Assembly (NCBI RefSeq): GCF_009914755.1
Contig: NC_060947.1
Length of the DNA stretch: 64,000 nucleotides
Direction: 5' to 3' (one strand)
Source: the human T2T-CHM13v2.0 reference genome, Homo sapiens
The first letter of the stretch is position 1. Every line of letters begins with the position of its first letter. A model generated the notes under the pieces. The model did no database searches and had not been told where the DNA came from. It worked only from the letters and a program-made list of their open reading frames with translations. Made by a program: the position numbers and the translations under genes. Positions 46,356 to 60,425 of this stretch are shown here, in pieces.

Positions 46356-47830
46356 AAGACAATCCTAAGCAAAAAGAACAAAGCTAGAAGCATCACGCTA
46401 CCTGATGTCAAACTATACTACAAGGCTACAGTAACCAAAACAGCATGGTACTGGTACCAAAACAGAGATATAGACCAATGGAACAGAACAGAGGCTGCAA
46501 AAATAATACCACACATCTACAACCATCTGATCTTTGACAAACCTGACAAAAACAAGAAATGGGGAAAGGATTCCCTATTTAATAAACGGTGTTGGGAAAA
46601 CTGGCTAGCCATATGCAGAAAACTGAAACTGGACCCCTTCCTTACACCTTACACAAAAATTAACTCAGGATGGATTAAAGACTTAAATGTAAGACCTAAA
46701 ACCATAAAAACCCTAAAAGAAAACCTAGGCAATACCATTCAGGACATAGGCATGGGCAAAGACTTCATGAATAAAACACCAAAAGCAATGGCAACAAAAG
46801 CCAAAATTGACAAATGGGATCTAATAAAACTAAAGAGCTTTTGCACAACAAAAGAAACTATCATCAGAGTGAACAAGCAACCTACAGAATGGGAGAAAAT
46901 TTTTGCAATCTATCCATCTGACAAAGGGCTAATATCCAGAATCTACAAGGAACTTAAACAAATTTACAGGAAAAAAAACAACCCCATCAAAAAGTGGGTG
47001 AAGGATACAAACAGACACTTCTCAAAAGAAGACATTTATGCAGCCAACAAACATATGAAATAAAGCTCAATATCACTGGTCATTAGAGAAAGCCAAATGA
47101 AAACCACAATGAGATACCATCTCACACCAGTTAGAATGGTGATCATTAAAAAGTCAGGAAACAACAAACGCTGGAGAGGATGTGGAGAAATAGGAACACT
47201 TTTACACTGCTGGTGGGAGTGTAAATTAGTTCAACCATTGTGGAAGACAGTGTGGTGATTCCTCAAGGATCTAGAACTAGAAATACCATTTGACCCAGCA
47301 ATCCCATTACTGGGTATATACCCAAAGGATTATAAATCATTCTACAATAAAGACACATGCACACATATGTTAATTGTGGCACCGTTCACAATACCAAAGA
47401 CTTGGAACCAACACAAATGCCCACAAATGATAGACTGGATAAAGAAAATGTGGCACATATACACCATGGAATACTATGCAGTCATAAAAAAGGATGAGTT
47501 CATGTCTTTTGCAGGGACATGGATGAAGCTGGAAACCATCCTTCTCAGCAAACTAACACAAGAACAGAAAACCAAACACGACATGTTCTCACTCATAAGT
47601 GAGAGTGGAACAATGAGAACACATGGACACAGGGAGGGGAACATCACACACGGGGGCCTGTCAGGGGGTGGGGGACTAGGGGAGGAATAGCATTAGGAGA
47701 AATACCTAATGTAGATGATGGATTGATGGGTGCAGCAAACCACCATGGCACGTGTATACCTATGTAACAAGCCTGCACGTTCTGCACATGTATCCCAGAA
47801 CTTAAAGTATAACAAACAAAAAAAAAGAAG
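46356..47830 (+). mobile_element. 5'-truncated primate L1 (L1PA6/7-like), ~1.5 kb
   Basis: ORF2 C-terminal peptides ([19 protein letters not shown]...; KKMWHIYTMEYYA), G-rich 3'UTR, terminus cttaaagtataa plus A tail; ORF2 broken by a stop at 47061-47063. Confidence 0.98.
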
Positions 47831-48984
47831 AAAAGCGAGGAGAAATTTTTAAAAGCTAGAGGCACATACAGTACCAGCTTTCTACTTGACTAAGCTTTCA
47901 AATCCTGATTGAATGCTCTTCATTCTTAAGGACTAGCTTTCTATTCTCCATACTCTAACTAAGAAGTGTGCCAGGCTGTGTTTGTCATGTCCTAGAAAAC
48001 CACTTGGTAAATACTTTGTTCCATCTGTAATTGAAAAACACATGACCTGACACTTTTGACACCATCTAGGGGATAGAGTGTGAGGGAATTAGAAAGGTTC
48101 TGCGGATCAATTGACTCCTTGGTAGTAAAGAGTGGGAAGAAAGGGCAAAAGCCAATAAGCCATCATCACAGGGTTGGCAGCACAGGTAATCACAACAGTG
48201 GAGGGGAATGGGTCAACTATGGAAATCATGTGGAACTATAGCTTAATAACCAAGAAGAAGCAAATGCAGAAACTAGTGCGAAGCAAGGGAATGAGATACA
48301 GAAGAAGGAAAGCAATGAAATAAAAGATAATACCCTTTTCAGGTGGAAAGGCCAAATTCATCTGTAACTCCAAAATCTCAATAAGCTCATCTAAAAGGAT
48401 GAAATGCCACAAAGCCTATTTGTAACATTCTATTCCATTATCAAAAGGCATCTTGCTAGGATCCAAAAGAAAAAACAAAAAACACAACAACACATATACA
48501 CACATACTTGTGCACCTATGCATATGCACATATCTGCATGCAAGGATTAAAACAGAAACATGTAGAGACATACACACAGCCACTCCCCGCCCACACAGAC
48601 ACTAACACCAACACATGCATGCCCCCCCCGACACACACAAACATAGGCATGTGTGCTCACTCCAGGATGGGTCTGAGTAAAAAGAAACCATCTCTGACCT
48701 AGCTAATTTTCTTCTTCAACTTGTTGTTCTTGGCTTCTTCACTCAGGAATAATCCCAATCAAATGCAAGAAGTGTGTGAGTCACTAAACAGGGCACTTAA
48801 TTTTGGTTGTCTTATATTACATATTTATACCATGGAGATTCTGGCTACTTTTTAAAAAGTAGTTTTAAAAGGTATAGGTTTGGTTCTGAAGTGGTGTTAC
48901 TGGTGAGAAAGGGTATAGGAAAACTATGTACAGAGTCACCTCTCATGGGATCTTATTCTAAGTGAGGTGTGTGCCTTTTAAAAA

Positions 48985-50420
48985 TCAGTCACTCTCTATA
49001 AATTCAGAGTAATTGTTTTTGAAATCTAAGCTGGCTTTTTTTTTTTTTGCACAAATTGACACACTGATTCCAAAATTCATGTACAAATACAAGAAACCCA
49101 GAAAAACCAAAACAATCTTAAAGAAGAGCAAAGTTGGAGGACTCTCATTTCCTGAGATCAAAAGAGTGTGGTACTGACATAAGGGCAGGCATATAGACAA
49201 AACAGTGTGGTAACAATGTAAGGGCAGGCATATAGACAAAAGGAATAAAATTGAGTGTTCAGAAATAAACACTTATATTTACCTTCAATTAATTTTTGAC
49301 AAGAGTGTCAAGACCACGCAACAGAGAAAAGTGGTTTTTCAAACAAATGATGCTGGGACATTTGGATATCCAGGTGAATACTATAGTTGGATCCCTGCCT
49401 CACATCATATACAACAATGAACTAAAATCGGATCATAGGCCTATATGTAAGAGCTAAACTTTGAAATTCTTAGAAAACATGAAAGTGAATCTTCATGACT
49501 TTGAAGTTAAGCAGTGGTTTATTATATATGATACCAAAACAGAAGCAACAAAAGAAAAAAAGATAACTGTGCTTTATCAAAATTAGAAATATTTTCAGAC
49601 AAATGATATAATCATAAAAGTGAAAAGAAGGCCTACAGAATGGTAGAAAGTATTTTCAAAACCACAATAAGACACCACTTCACACCTATTAGTATAAAAT
49701 AAAAAGAAAGGCAGACAATAATAAGTGTTGACAAGATTGTGGACAAACTGGAATGCTTATTTATTGCTGGTAGGACCGTAAAATTGTGCAGCCACTTTGG
49801 AAAACATTTTTGCCACCTCCTCAAAAGGTTAAACATAGAGTTACCACATGACCCAGGTATATACGCCTAGGTATATATATACCAAAGAGTAATGAACACA
49901 TATGTCCACATGAAAACTTATACATTAATGCTCATAGCAGCATTACTGACAATAGCCAAAAATGGAAATAACCCAAATGATGACTAGATAAACAAAATGT
50001 GCTATGTCCATACAGTGGAACATTACCCAACCATAAAATGGAGTGAAATACTGATTAGTGATATAACACAGATTAACCTTGAAATCATTATGCTAAGTGA
50101 AAGAAGCCAGATGAAAAAGGCCACATATTTCATGATTCCATTCATATGGAATGTCCAGAATAGGCAAATCTATAGAGGGAGTAGATTAGTAGTTGCCTAG
50201 CACTGGGAGTTGGAGGAAGGGAGTATAGGAAATTGGGAGTTAAAGGCTAAGGAGATCTGGGTTTACTTATTTTGGGGGTAACAAAAATGTTCTAAAATTA
50301 GATTTTTGGTGAGGGTTGCACAACCCTGTGAATATACTAAAGATCACTAAATTATACACTTAAAATGAGTAAACTGTATGATATGTAAGCCATACATCAA
50401 TAAAGCTGTTAATAAAAACA
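48985..50420 (+). mobile_element. L1MB-like 3' part, internally deleted
   Basis: ORF2 remnants (aaacaatcttaaagaagagcaaagttggaggact; aaacatagagttaccacatgaccca) and 3'UTR ending caataaagctgtt; 39-bp tandem duplication at ~49161-49240. Confidence 0.9.
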
Positions 50421-50429
50421 GTCACTCGG

Positions 50430-50820
50430 AGCACATGATGATTGTTTTCCAGCATTTGAAGGGCTACCAGTTGCTTGGCATAGCAGCAAGGGGAAGTAGA
50501 ATCAGGGTCACCACACTACATAACTCCTCAATTTATTCTGTAGGTTGTGTGGATGGTACTATGTCTAAGAGTAGGAGCTGAATAGAGGCTGAAAAGAGAT
50601 TTTGGCTTATTTATGCAAACATTCAATAACTTGAGCTATTCAAAAATCAGATTTCCTACCGTATACTAGAGACTGTTAAATTATTGGGAGTATCTAAGCA
50701 TAAACTGGATTGACCACTTGAGGATGGAGTAGATATAGGGAATAGATTATGTATGAAAGGGAGTGAGGGAAAATGACTTGATAACCTTTAAGGTTTCTTA
50801 CAACCATAAAATTCTTTTAA
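50430..50820 (+). mobile_element. L3/CR1 3' relic
   Basis: atgattgttttccagcatttgaagggct; gacttgataacctttaaggtttcttacaac. Confidence 0.45.
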
Positions 50821-53179
50821 AATGCTTATATTACAAAATCCTTCTGAACTTTTATCTATAAACCTCCCTTTTCTCTTTCTTAATAATTTTCTCATTAGCT
50901 GGAAATAAATGAGTACTTACATATTCCCACTAGAGTCATAAGTCCCAATAGTCGTATTATTATACGAAATAATAAAACTTGATGCTGTGGTTTAAGCCAT
51001 TTCTAATATTTATATGCTGTTTCTGGCTCAATCATTTAGCAAAGGGCACATCTACTGGATTGCTCTTTCCTTAGTCTGCAGGTTTAAGGGTAGCATTTCG
51101 TAAATGTTAGTAAGAACAACATCCTACATTGTACTTAACACTGATAATAGTTAATGAATACAAATCATTCCGTACTCTTTTATCTCCTTCCTCCCTCTTC
51201 TGTCCTTTCCCCAGATATGGAATAGGCAGGCTGTTGATTTTTACAAGTTGCTTCCAAAGCTCCTGAATGAACTATTTGTCTGAGCGTTTTAAATATTTTG
51301 GCTTAAGTCCATGAATGCCATAAGAAACTGGCACTCCATTTTGCAATGCTTTTCTCTCTGTCAATAACTTTAACTTGGGATCATAAAGGGAAAGCATTTG
51401 GCAGGTGGTCCATTATGATCTAGATTTAAAACCTCATGGGGAGTCGTCTACTCCATTTTACACTTTACTGGGAATGATTCCGATACTGAAAAGAGAGAAG
51501 TACAGATACTATGAGAAAAGCTGTTTATCCATCACCTGTTTCACAACAGCAAGGGGCAGTTTACTATCCTGGGAGGGGCAGCTTATCAATAGTGCCCTGA
51601 GGATCAGAAATGGCTAAAGAGCTTCAAATACTTCCCTCACTGGATTGGTCAAGTACAGGCAACACAATACAGTAGGTGCTAGCTAAGTAGTGCTGGCTGA
51701 CTTATCCTGGCTCACTGACATGTCAAAAATCTCCAATGGAAAACATCTGCAATGAAATTGTACTCATTGTCCAGCTAGTACACCAGAGCCTTACTATAAA
51801 TCCCAACCTCAGTGTTCATGCCTTGGAACTGTGTTCTAATGTTCTAACATAGCCCTTCTGTTACTTCCAGTAATAAATCCATGTGGAGATGGTCCAAGAA
51901 GGGCATTGCCTTAGATCATATTCCATGTTAGAGTGAGGTTCTTCTCTACAGCTTATGCTTCATCTGGCCTTAATGTGAGGCCAGCCAAAGAAATGTTCTG
52001 GAGAGTTTGCTTCGGGGTGGGGTTTCCTTTTATTTTAACTAGCTGTTAATATTTGACAAAACAATTATGTCCTTCTCACTTCAATTCCTTCAAACCATTT
52101 CTTCTCAGACCATTTCTTTCCCTTCTTGTTAAATGCCTCACAAAGCCCATGGGTAGGGCACTCAGGGAATACTAGTTGAGATGGGGAGAGACACTACTGG
52201 AATTCCAGGCTCATCCCTCCAGTGGTCATATTTCTGCCTGTGCTTATTCCTTTTTCCGTGAGACTATGCTCTTTATTGCTCACTCCATTCAAAAGAGCCG
52301 TGAGTGCCAATATTCACGAACTACTCAAGCTGTCTTTATCATATTTACTTTGTGTCCTACCTTCATAAACCACTCTCCCTAGATTCCTTAAGCATTTCAA
52401 TTGCTCTTTTCCATTTCAAGCATCTCAGTTCCAGAGAATGGAAACTTGGGCATAGTCTTACTACCAATTAAAAAGGGATTCTCACTACTATGCTCTAAGT
52501 TATTTGTCCATATCCATGTCAGTTACTCAAAACCATATTGGCTTTTAAAATGATGTATCACATTGCACACTCTTAATATAGTTTACTATCCCCTGTCACT
52601 TGTAGATGTATAAAAGCATGAATCAAAATTACTTTTGATGTTTTATATTTATTTGTTTGATATTTATAACCAAGACGAAATGTAAAATGCCACCCATAAA
52701 ACCTTTCCAGAATAGTCTGATTTACTTGCAGCTTATTGTCATTTTTATTAAATATGGATTGTCACAATTATTTTACGTTCCTCATATTCCTTACCACAAA
52801 TTGAGGTGAATGCAGATTGTACAACTTCCAATGAATAAGCTGGGCAAATTTCCATGACTCAGCAGAGTGTGTAAGGCTTGTGGTTCTTTGCAATTCCTGT
52901 TCCACCTCCAAACCCCACGGTCAAGGTTTGGGAAAATGCCAACCATGTTTGGCAGCAAGAGTCAGCAGTCTCTTAGACTGCTGGGCAAGCGAGTGGCAAT
53001 AAGTAGAGTGTATAAAGAATCTAAAGAAGGCTTTCTTTACAACCCCTTAGTCAGAAGCCCTCTTAAAACACATCCCAATTCCTGTTCAATACACAGCTAG
53101 CACAGGAAGTGTTTTCTTTACATTCTCCCATTTTACGCAGATCTGGGATTTTTATGAGGGAACATCCTAGTACTGATAA

Positions 53180-53250
53180 TCTCTCTTCTCTCTTCCCTTC
53201 TCCCTTTCTCTCCCTCCCTCCATCCCTCCCTCCCTCCCATCTTATCTCTT
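53180..53250. repeat. CT-rich / (CCCT)n low-complexity tract
   Basis: Polypyrimidine run seen directly. Confidence 0.85.
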
Positions 53251-54824
53251 CAACACCCATACCCACAGAGAAACAGAGTAAGAGAATAGGTAACCATTCA
53301 CAATTATGTGTATAAGTAAAAAGCAACAGGAATGCAGGCTTTCTAAGAGCAGTGTTTCTGGAGACAGAGCTCTAGACAAGTTAGTGGTATATATAGTCTC
53401 GGCTAAGAAGAACAACTTCTTTATCATTTATTGAGAGTACTAACAAGGATTAAATAAAATAATTTATGTAAATATCTTAGCATAGTCCTATAGCATACCT
53501 TTAAAACATATTTCCCTTCTTCTCTACTCTGGTTTAAATTAGGAAGGATCCTGATCAGAGTGAACTTTTTTTACTGAAAGCAGAAATGACTGGTTTCCTA
53601 AACAAAGTAAAAATGTCACTGAAAATTGTAGATGTAGTCTGGGGGAAGGGAGAGGCAAGAAGTTAAAATTTTCCTTTAGATCCAAATGGGTTTTCTCTTT
53701 ACACATTTCTCAAAACTGTAGCTGCGATACTGTCTCTTTAGTCCTCAAAACAAAAGAACCTATATGCAGAGTGCTCCAGGGTGGCCCTGAGAGGCACTTT
53801 GAAACACCCGTTTTGAACTCCTCTAGGCAGTTCAGTGAGGTTGGATACAACAATGAATTCTGGGAGTGAGTTTGAATGGTACAAAAAAGCTGGGGAGGAT
53901 GCCTGCTGTCCATTAAAAACAGAAAACAGAGCCAAAGAAAGTGAAGAATGGAAAGAGAAAGAAGGGAATTTCAGGATGTGCTAAAAATTTTAGCAATTGA
54001 AAAGTATACAAAGAACTGGGATCTAGGCAACAGAGGGCAGGTCCAGCAGGCATAGTTACTTACCATATAGTTTCCATAGATAACAATAGTCAAGGACATT
54101 ACTCTATCCATGTATTTTTTTTTCCCAGTACTTTAGAAATTTGACACTGGGTTCTTTTTAAAGCCACCAAGTACAACTAATATACTTGATGAACTCCACA
54201 CAATAACAAAACATAAAAGGACCTACATTTATATCTCTTTATGTACAGACTACATTCCATTTCTGATCAACTTCTTCCAAAGTATTAATGCTATTTTAAA
54301 TAACAAAATAGTCCTGAAAGGAATATACTACTGGTTCAAAAAAGATTTACTCGCGGAAGAAATGGAAGCTGAAAAGTTGTGAGTCATGAGTGGCTAAGGG
54401 GTTGAACAATCCAAAAGAAAATAGTGAAAGGGACTATGAGAGCTAAAATGTATAAAAGTGTCTATGACATAAACATTGAAGGTAGGAGCTCTTCTGATTA
54501 ACTCAACTTTCTTATCCCTAGCTCAGAAATCAAGACTTAACAGCCAACCCTCAACAGCAAGCCAATATGAGAAAAACAGTACTGATGAGAAATGCAGAGT
54601 GCAGCTCGCATTTAAATTTAGTTGAGATCATAATTTGTCAAATCCCTTCTGAGGATAACTCACTTTAGGCCGTTTTTAAAATTTAAATTATCCATAAAAA
54701 GAAATGCTTGTCCTATATGTAAAAGGAAACAACATTCCAGTTTGATTTCCTGTTGATACAATTATCACTGTGGCCATCTAGACCTGTAAGAGAATTACTC
54801 CTTCTGGATAGCCAAACCTTCTTG

Positions 54825-55036
54825 AGCTGCACTGACGGTACTACATCCAGTAGCCACATGTGATTATTTAAATATCCATTTAATTAAACTTAATAAAACA
54901 AAAAAATTCAGTTCCTCAGTTGAAGTAGCCACATTTCAATGCTCAATAGCCACATGTGGCTAGTGGATACTGTGTTAGATAGATAGTAAAGATACAGAAT
55001 ACTTCATCATCTAACACAGTTCCATCAGGCAGCACT
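54825..55036. mobile_element. MER3-like hAT MITE
   Basis: tagccacatgtg repeated; aaattcagttcctcagtt...tagccacatttcaatgctcaatagccacatgtggctagtgg. Confidence 0.85.
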
Positions 55037-55175
55037 GGGTTAGATATCAGGAAACTAAGACTTTCAGTGTTCGAACAAAATATTCAAACCATTTTCAGGA
55101 TAGTTTTTCCACAGTGTAATTAATATGAATATCCATAGAGAATACAGATCAGAATTTAGCATTTTTGCCTTTGAA

Positions 55176-55348
55176 CAGTGGTTCTCAAAAGTCATTCATA
55201 CAGGAGAATTATCTGGGGAGTTTGCTAAATGCAGATCACTCAGAGTGATTCAGTAGGTCTGGGATGGGGATTCAGAAATCTACATTTTACACATGTCTTA
55301 GGTAACGCTGTCACAGGTAATTCCTAAACCACATTTTGAGAAACACTG
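55176..55348. mobile_element. MER5 (MER5B-like) hAT MITE
   Basis: 15-bp TIRs cagtggttctcaaaa / ttttgagaaacactg; tgattcagtaggtctgggatgggg. Confidence 0.88.
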
Positions 55349-56624
55349 TGATTATGCATCAAAAATTCCAATTATCACTTTACATATACCGATTTCTTTT
55401 CTTGAATGGTATTAAATATGTGTACATAGGCAAGCCCTTATCGCTATACAAAAGTGCAAAATGTTCCACAAAGGCAAAAGACAGCTTTCAAAGTATAGTA
55501 GCTCTGAGCGAGGATGAGTATAGAAAAAAAAAATTAAGAAGGTACTTGCACTAGGAAAAAAAAACTTTTGAACAGAATATTCCAGAATACCTATGCAAAG
55601 CAGAAGCAATTTAGCCATCCAGCTTCAGAAACTCATGCTTCGGAACAGCTCGGAACCTTTAGCTAGCAGAAGAGGAGAAAAACCTCTGGTGGTGCAGCTG
55701 CTGAAGGTCTGAATACTGCATGTGAGTGCTAACTGTGTGCAAGACACCAGGTTATGTGCTAAGAGACAAGTAAAATATGGTCATGACTTCAAGAACTCAG
55801 TCTATTGGGGGAAGACAGACCAAAAATAAATATTAAATACAGTAGCAGGTATAATTTGAGTGGAACCTTAAATATTGAGCAGCTCTACGATCGCTGGAGA
55901 TAAGGAAGGATGGCAATTGAAATGTAGAGAACAGTATGGAAAGGCACAGGAGCTTGAAAATTTGGGGTGTACTTATGACCCAGAAGTGGTCTAGAGTGGC
56001 AGGTAAATAAGATATAGAGAGCGTTGTGTAGTGGGAGATAAGAGTGTAAGGGAATTCTGAGTGCCTGGGACAAGGCTATGGATGGCCCTGAATGTCTATT
56101 TGGAAAAAAAAAAAAAAAAGCAAAATCCTTTAGAGGATTTTTAAGGAGAGGAGTGATAGGATAAGATCTGCATTTAGGAAGAACATTCTAACAGTTAGGC
56201 ATAAAATGGAGTCGGGAGAGAGTAGACACAGAGAAGATGTGTGATGTTTGGCCATTTGGCTGCATGGAAGAAAAATTACACTTTGGCTGTCAATGTTTCT
56301 TGTTGCAAAAAGCTGAGAATGGAGAGAAGCAACAGATTATGAAAGAGACCTTAAAAGCAAAGCTGAAAATCTGAAGAAAGAACATGAGTAGTAGCAATGT
56401 TTAGAAATTCCTGGGGATGCAATGTTCCCCTTCACTTTGTCAGTAAAGACTACCAACGATGGGGGTTGGAAAGAAAGTAAAAATTTTTAATAGTCTGGTC
56501 AGCAGACAGCTCTACACTGTCTAGGTCTTTTGAAGTCATGAACAATGGGATATCTGCTCCGGGTAGCACACAGGTGGGCAAACAGTTTCTTTAATAAAGA
56601 ACCCCTAAAGACATACAGCATACT

Positions 56625-56862
56625 CCACAGTGGTTAAGAGCATTGGCTCTGAAGACAAACTTGCCATCCAATATTGATTCTTGCTACTTAGTAATTGTGT
56701 GACGTGGTAGGCTGGATACTTAAACTCTGTATCTGTTTTTCTAACCTGAAAATGGAAATACTACTGTCTACCTTATGGCATTGCTGTGAGCGTTGATGAG
56801 TTCATACATATAAGGTATTTATAACATGATCTGGCACAGAGCAAGCTTTCAATAAATGTTAG
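56625..56862 (+). mobile_element. MIR, near full length
   Basis: agtggttaagagcattggctctg...ctggcacagagcaagctttcaataaatgttag. Confidence 0.85.
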
Positions 56863-57304
<442 letters not shown>

Positions 57305-57471
57305 TAAATAGCATGCCTTAATTATTGTATTATTCATAATAAGCATATTAAGTCCTTTTTGGAAAAAGGCAAATATGAATAAATTTTCGAATTTGTTAAT
57401 ATTCTTGGTGATCCCCTTAAATAAGCTAGTGCAAGCTGGCTCCAGCACACCACGGACTGGTGTATACTAAC

Positions 57472-57571
57472 CTTTATATTCCCGTCCATGAGACCTGCCC
57501 TTCACTCCTCTAAAACACGCTCATAGGTGTACCAAAGAGGAAAATCCATCAGACGACTCAACTTCAGCTCC
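57472..57571 (-). other. Candidate exon (acceptor uncertain)
   Basis: Donor AAG|gttagt at 57472; acceptors gttctggttgttcag| (57571) or gcgtgttttag| (57509). Confidence 0.3.
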
Positions 57572-58492
57572 CTGAACAACCAGAACCTACAAATCTCCCT
57601 CTTGAATTTTTCTTGGCCTCAAACAAGACAAGGAAAAAGTAACTATTTTGTAGATGAAAGACTTTTTCTTTAGCCAATAAGAAAATGTCAATTTCTTTAA
57701 AAGCCCCAATAAATTCTTTTTCATTTATATTCAGAGTGCCTATTCCTAGAAAAAGGAACACAGTGAGGGATGTTAGCCAGAGCTTCCAACTACGTAGGAC
57801 ATTTGCCACCTGAAACCAAGTTTAATATGGAACTTCCAATTTCATGCCTAGTTTGCCCAGTTCTCCTTCCTCTAATCCTGATCTGTTCCCCGAAGTTCCC
57901 ACCTGTATTTTTTAAGTGTCAAATTCATTTAAGTCTAAAGAATGATAAAAGGGCTTCATATCATCCTCCTTTCTTTTTTGCCAGAAGGAAATAATATGAG
58001 GACAGATTTACTTTAAGACATGTTAAAATATAAAGATACCATCTTAGATAAGGGTAAATTCCAATTACATGGTATCTGAGATAATATATTCATTACCATC
58101 TTAAAGTCTCATAAACAGATTATAACAATACTTGCTCTATCTCTGGCCCATTTTCTTATCAACATTCTCAAATGTTCATTGTCAAATGCTGAAGAAGAGT
58201 TGTCTATGGCGTGAACATCGAGTCATTAATCTAGTACACGGGACAGTCTCTAATAAATTCAGATATAAAAATGGCCCCTTCAAGAATGTTTACTGAAGGG
58301 GTCCTAAAGAAAGTTTTACCAGAGAGCTTGTATGAGCCATTCAAGTAGTTGGGTTCATTTGATGAATTGATAATGTGGCTTTAAATAGTATTCCTTTCTT
58401 CAGTGGGACAAAAAGCATTTTTTCCCTTAAAACTAATTAATTTAAAATTGAGAAACCATTTGGAAATTTTAAAAGATAAGAATGCTGATCTA

Positions 58493-58555
58493 TGAGAGAG
58501 AGAGAGAGAGAGAGAAAGAGAGACACAGAGACAGAGACAGACAGAAAGAAAGAAA
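58493..58555. repeat. (GA)n/(GACA)n microsatellite
   Basis: Seen directly. Confidence 0.92.
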
Positions 58556-59029
58556 AGTGTGAACCTGAATTAGCTGTATATTTTTTCTGCTGATCTGGAC
58601 AAAATACTCAAATTTCAAAAACATATAGCACTTCACATTCATAGCCAGTATATCTTAAAATACATATACTTTCATGGAAACAATCTTATAAGTTCATCCA
58701 GTACAACAGTACAAACAAACTAGCTTTTTAGAAGAGAAAATACTCCATACTAACCTTTTGGAATAGACAACATTTTGCTTCCCCAAAATTTCACAAAGCT
58801 CTACTTTCATTCATATTGATGTACACATTAATCAAAACACTAGTGTTTCTTACACATCTGTAAAATTAATCTTGAAATCACACACATATTCAAATAAATG
58901 CTAGACTAAAAATAGTTTTGAAAACATCTCTAGCGTCCTATCCAAGAATACATTTTTCAGTAAATGACCAAATTTATCCTCCTTCTCTAGTAGCATAAGT
59001 CACATTTACCTGGCACCCATCAACCGAGA

Positions 59030-59250
59030 GGCAGCCTGATATCAGGGAGGAAAAAGCACAGATTCTTTAATCAGATAATGTAACCTGTAAGTTTAGGCTG
59101 CACTTAGATGGAGACCTCAGGCCAGTTACTCATCCTGAGTCTCAGTTTTCTTACCTATAAAATGGAGATCATATCACTGACCTCACACTTACTGAGAATG
59201 AACTAAGAAAGTATATATTAAATCACTGTCTAAATGTTTTATACCACATC
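59030..59250 (+). mobile_element. MIR
   Basis: ctgagtctcagttttcttacctataaaatggagat. Confidence 0.65.
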
Positions 59251-59960
59251 CACTATCATTCAGTAACCAACAACTACACTAATATTGTAATTTTTAATAG
59301 AGTAAAACCATTAAGGAATTAAACATGTATTCACTATTAGCATACAAATAAAATACAGTCATAAAAGCCACCTAGTTAGATTTGAAATTATTCATTAGGT
59401 CACTGTGGAATTGAGAGCTGGCAAGGAGATAATGTCGTTTTTAAAATGTAAACATTTTTATTAGCAGAGAGAAGTTCTTCCCAGATATAGTAATTCCAGT
59501 AGCATAACAAAGTCCAGCATTTTTCATTGCCAGAAACTTAAACCAGTAACACTGGTCCATGAGAAATCTCTATTTATTCAACAAAGCAATATTTTCCATG
59601 TAAATCTATTTAATTTTATAGTGGAGAAAATAAGACAATCTCTGGTTTTAACCGTAAGAAAAAAGCCTCAACAACTTCTCACATTAAAATGTACACAGAA
59701 GGCTCTTCTAGAGTCAAGCATGCATTGGAATACAGAGAAAACATCCAGCAAGCACAACTTTCCAACACTTAGCAGAACCAACCAACCAATACTCAAAGAA
59801 GAAACTGAAGCTATAAATTCAAATAAATGGGCTGCAGGGAGACTACACAAACCTGCTGTTGCTTTAATTGCAGACAATTCAATTCAGCAGCTGTTGGTCC
59901 AGGCACTAAGGTTCACTGTATGCTCTTCAACGTAACCTTGAAATATTGTCACTCACTCAC

Positions 59961-60008
59961 TTCTCCACATCATCTGCATGCTGTCCAATTAATGAGGAGC
60001 GAAATCAA
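59961..60008 (-). other. Candidate 48-nt micro-exon
   Basis: Acceptor ttttgatgcgtggtttgacag|, donor GAA|gtgagt; stops in all three frames. Confidence 0.3.
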
Positions 60009-60273
60009 CTGTCAAACCACGCATCAAAATAGAACATGATCTTTTAGCTGTTAAGCGTAGGAGCATAATATTTTAAGAATAATAAAGCAACAATGGAGAT
60101 GAAAGTCCTTGACAACAAATGATATTCAAACTTATCAAAACAACGTGGTTGTAGGAACTAAGCTTCTGTTCTGTGAAGCAAGAAAGTGAAACTTTCTCAG
60201 GGTTTTTCATTTGCAAGGGACCTTTCTGTCTAACTGCTGTGTAAGAAGCCTTTCAAAAAACATTCGCCCATAC

Positions 60274-60425
60274 CTGATCAGAATCTTCTTCATTATTATG
60301 GACCATTATGTTTCTGAAAGCTTAAGAGAATACTTAAGAAACACTTTTGATCCAAGGATATTTTACAATACAGATGGTTTGGGGCTCGTATTTGTAGCTT
60401 TGCTGTTTCCAGCACTTTTTTTTTT
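60274..60425 (-). other. Candidate exon (152 nt)
   Basis: Acceptor tgttgtttgtttattctcctgacag|, donor CAG|gtatgg. Confidence 0.45.

Noticed and set aside
46308-47063. Longest ORF (251 aa), starting at an ATG in flanking DNA and running into L1 ORF2
   Set aside because: All but the first ~16 codons are the ORF2 C-terminal region of a truncated L1PA; there is no promoter evidence and the frame stops at 47063
51175-51220. Strong plus-strand acceptor-like tract (…tgtcctttccccag|)
   Set aside because: No matching good donor downstream; probably just a pyrimidine tract
59621-59935. 104-aa plus-strand ORF in unique sequence
   Set aside because: Starts at GTG, has no recognisable motif or convincing splice pair, and is antisense to the inferred transcript
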